From the NCBI GenBank assembly GCA_046530735.1, contig JBHEQV010000009.1, positions 10,399 through 74,398 of the forward strand: DNA of 64,000 nt, given 5' to 3'. The notes under the pieces were generated by a model that made no database searches, had not been told where the DNA came from, and saw nothing but the letters and a program-made list of their open reading frames with translations. The position numbers and the translations under genes were made by a program. Shown here piece after piece: positions 61,506-64,000 of this stretch. How positions within the stretch are numbered: the first letter of the stretch is position 1; every line of letters begins with the position of its first letter. Source of the DNA: Arsenophonus sp. Lineage in GTDB: Bacteria; Pseudomonadota; Gammaproteobacteria; Enterobacterales; Enterobacteriaceae.

Positions 61506-62642
61506 TTATAACTCAAAATTACGCAGTTCATCTGTATTGACCTGAGCATCAATTTGCCCTACCAAGTAAGAACTAACTTCCACTTCTTGTGGTGCCACCT
61601 GGACGTTATCAGAAACTAACCAGGAATTGATCCATGGAATAGGGTTTGAGCGTGTTTCACAGGGTAATTTTAATCCGACGGCTTGCATACGCATATTGGT
61701 AATATATTCAATATATTGACATAAAATATCTTTATTCAAACCAATCATTGAACCATTTGAGAAAAGATACTCAGCCCACTCCTTTTCCTGTTCAGCTGCT
61801 TGAACAAACAATTTATAACATGCTTCTTCAGACTCTTTAGCAATGATAGCCATTTCAGGATCATCTTGACCAGACTGCATCAGGTTTAACATATGTTGGA
61901 TGGCAGTAAGATGCAGCGCTTCATCACGGGCGATCAATTTAATAATTTTAGCATTTCCTTCCATCAATTCACGTTCAGCAAAAGCAAATGAGCAAGCGAA
62001 GCTGACATAAAAACGAATAGCTTCTAATGCGTTAACACTCATCAGACATAGATAGAGCTGTTTTTTTAGACAGTGTAAAGAAATAATTACATTTTTACCA
62101 TTAATTATGTGATTGCCTTCACCTAACATATGGTAATAGCTTGTCATTTTAATTAAATTATCATAATAAGTGGAAATATCTTTTGCTCGTTTTAAAATTT
62201 CCCCATTAGTTAAAATATCGTTAAAAATAATTGATGGGTCATTAACAATATTACGAATAATATGCGTGTAAGAGCGTGAATGAATAGTTTCTGAAAACGA
62301 CCAAGTTTCTATCCAGGTTTCAAGCTCAGGAATTGAAATAAGTGGTAGTAGTGCTACGTTAGGGCTACGTCCTTGAATCGAATCTAATAATGTTTGATAT
62401 TTTAAATTACTGATAAAGATGTGTTTTTCATATTCAGGTAGTGATTGATAATCAATACGATCACGAGAAACATCAATTTCTTCCGGTCGCCAGAAAAAAG
62501 AGAGTTGCTTTTCAATCAGTTGCTCAAAAATAGGATATTTTTGTTGATCATAACGAGCAATATTGACAGGTTGTCCAAAGAACATCGGTTCTTGTAGTTG
62601 ATTGTTTTTGATTTGCGAAAATGTTGTATATTGATATTCCAT
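61506..62642 (-). CDS. nrdB: Class Ia ribonucleotide reductase beta subunit
   Basis: [14 protein letters not shown] (radical Tyr), EAIRF, DEALH and EVSSY motifs. Confidence 0.98.
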   Translation of the reverse strand: MEYQYTTFSQIKNNQLQEPMFFGQPVNIARYDQQKYPIFEQLIEKQLSFFWRPEEIDVSRDRIDYQSLPEYEKHIFISNLKYQTLLDSIQGRSPNVALLPLISIPELETWIETWSFSETIHSRSYTHIIRNIVNDPSIIFNDILTNGEILKRAKDISTYYDNLIKMTSYYHMLGEGNHIINGKNVIISLHCLKKQLYLCLMSVNALEAIRFYVSFACSFAFAERELMEGNAKIIKLIARDEALHLTAIQHMLNLMQSGQDDPEMAIIAKESEEACYKLFVQAAEQEKEWAEYLFSNGSMIGLNKDILCQYIEYITNMRMQAVGLKLPCETRSNPIPWINSWLVSDNVQVAPQEVEVSSYLVGQIDAQVNTDELRNFEL

Positions 62643-62653
62643 ACGTCCTCATA

Positions 62654-64000
62654 TTAAATCTTACAAGCTCCGCCATTACAATCGCTATCAGCTAATTTAA
62701 TAACCTCTTCTAAATCTGCTTGAGTATCTTCTGCACCATCACGGGTATTGTGGTAATAAAGTGTTTTTACTCCATACTTATAAGCGAGTAATAAATCTTT
62801 CAGTAATTGATTCATTGGAACTTTATTATTTGGAAAACGAGTTGGATCATAATTAGTGTTAGCAGAAATCGATTGATCTATAAACTTTTGCATAATGCCA
62901 ACCAACTGCAAATAACCGTCATTATTTGGCATTTCCCATAATAATTCATAATTATTTTTTAAGCGTTCATATTCAGGTACAACTTGTCGCAATATACCAT
63001 CTTTTGATGCTTTAATGCTGATATAACCTCGAGGTGGTTCAATACCATTTGTAGCATTAGATATTTGTGATGAAGTTTCTGATGGCATCAAGGCGGAAAG
63101 TGTTGAATTACGCAAACCATATTGTTTGATATCTTTACGTAAAGTTTGCCAATCATAATGTAGTGGTTCAGAGGTTAGTGCATCTAATGATTTTTTATAA
63201 CTATCAATAGGTAAAATACCTTTTGAATAAGTAGTTTCGTGAAACCATGGGCAAGCACCTTGCTTTTTTGCCAATTCATTAGATGCTTTTAATAAATAAT
63301 ATTGGATCGCTTCAAAGGTTTTATGGGTTAAATTATTGGCACTACCGTCAGAATAGTGAACGCCATGTTTAGCTAAATAATAAGCATAATTAATGACTCC
63401 AACACCTAAACTACGACGACCCATAGAGCTTTTTTGCGCAGCAAAAATTGGATAATTTTGATAATCAAGCAGTGAATCTAACGCATGGACGACTAATATC
63501 GCTAACTCCTCCAATTCATCTAATGATGTAATGGCACCTAAATTAAAGGCGGAAAGAGTGCAAAGTGCAATTTCACCATTTTCGTCGTTAACATTGTTTA
63601 ATGGTCGGGTTGGCAAGGTGATTTCCAAACATAGGTTTGATTGACGAATTGGCGCAACTTTAGCATCAAATGGGCTATGGGTATTGCAGTGATCAATATT
63701 TTGAATATAGATACGCCCGGTTGATGCTCGCTCTTGCATCATAAGTGAAAATAGATCAAGCGCTTTAACGCGTTTCTGGCGTATGTTTTCGTCTTGTTCA
63801 TATTTTAAATATAAACATTCAAATTCGCTTTGATTAGCGAAAAATGCTTCATATAAACCTGGAACATCAGAAGGACTAAAGAGGGTAATTTCCTTACCTT
63901 TGATAAGGCGTTCATACATGAGTTTGTTAATTTGTACGCAATAGTCTAGATGACGAACACGATTACCTTCAACACCACGATTATTTTTCAGTACTAGTAA
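62654..64000 (-). CDS. nrdA: Class Ia ribonucleotide reductase alpha subunit (5' part outside the window)
   Basis: SNLCLEI, CTLSA, TLYY and C-terminal DCNGGACKI. The frame stays open from 63919 to the window edge (LLVLKNNRGVEGNRVRHLDY). Confidence 0.98.
   Translation of the reverse strand, partial: LLVLKNNRGVEGNRVRHLDYCVQINKLMYERLIKGKEITLFSPSDVPGLYEAFFANQSEFECLYLKYEQDENIRQKRVKALDLFSLMMQERASTGRIYIQNIDHCNTHSPFDAKVAPIRQSNLCLEITLPTRPLNNVNDENGEIALCTLSAFNLGAITSLDELEELAILVVHALDSLLDYQNYPIFAAQKSSMGRRSLGVGVINYAYYLAKHGVHYSDGSANNLTHKTFEAIQYYLLKASNELAKKQGACPWFHETTYSKGILPIDSYKKSLDALTSEPLHYDWQTLRKDIKQYGLRNSTLSALMPSETSSQISNATNGIEPPRGYISIKASKDGILRQVVPEYERLKNNYELLWEMPNNDGYLQLVGIMQKFIDQSISANTNYDPTRFPNNKVPMNQLLKDLLLAYKYGVKTLYYHNTRDGAEDTQADLEEVIKLADSDCNGGACKI

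Noticed and set aside
62654-63919. nrdA looks truncated (421 aa) in the ORF track
   Set aside because: The frame is open to position 64000; the gene simply starts outside the window.
1-64000. CRISPR array, rRNA, toxin-antitoxin, retron, phage or defence genes
   Set aside because: No regularly spaced direct repeats or matching motifs were seen; the dispersed repeats are all IS relics.

Overview
AT-rich chromosomal segment of an enterobacterial genome in reductive evolution. Protein sequences and gene order look Morganellaceae-like (Arsenophonus/Proteus type), most plausibly an insect endosymbiont; this assignment is inference. About 30 intact housekeeping genes remain: cpdA, parE-parC-plsC, hemH, sppA, xthA, ychE/marC, htpX, secA, dciA, the dcw cluster lpxC to rsmH, fabB and yfaE-nrdB-nrdA (nrdA cut by the window edge). 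They are separated by decayed pseudogenes (nudF, yqiA, ftsP/sufI, ydjA, secM, mraZ, cra, mnmC, an EamA-type transporter, possibly adhE) and by about 18 dead IS relics of three families (IS256, IS1595, IS481), roughly a fifth of the window by my coordinate estimates. No intact transposase, rRNA, tRNA, CRISPR array, phage or defence genes were seen, and I found no convincing new multi-gene system. The most unusual structure is at 17.0-20.1 kb. Two otherwise strongly diverged, tail-to-tail IS256 relics share a 108-bp near-perfect inverted tract, and the 503-bp segment between the tracts carries the ydjA remnant flipped relative to its own start codon, which points to a recent or ongoing inversion long after the elements died. 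Other highlights: a 408-bp MITE-like IS1595 derivative with a perfect 8-bp target duplication just upstream of parE; co-decay of mraZ and its operator under an intact dcw promoter; stop codons at the SecM arrest residues; and retained FadR/FabR sites at fabB. Homology calls were made by eye against remembered reference sequences, and relic boundaries are approximate.
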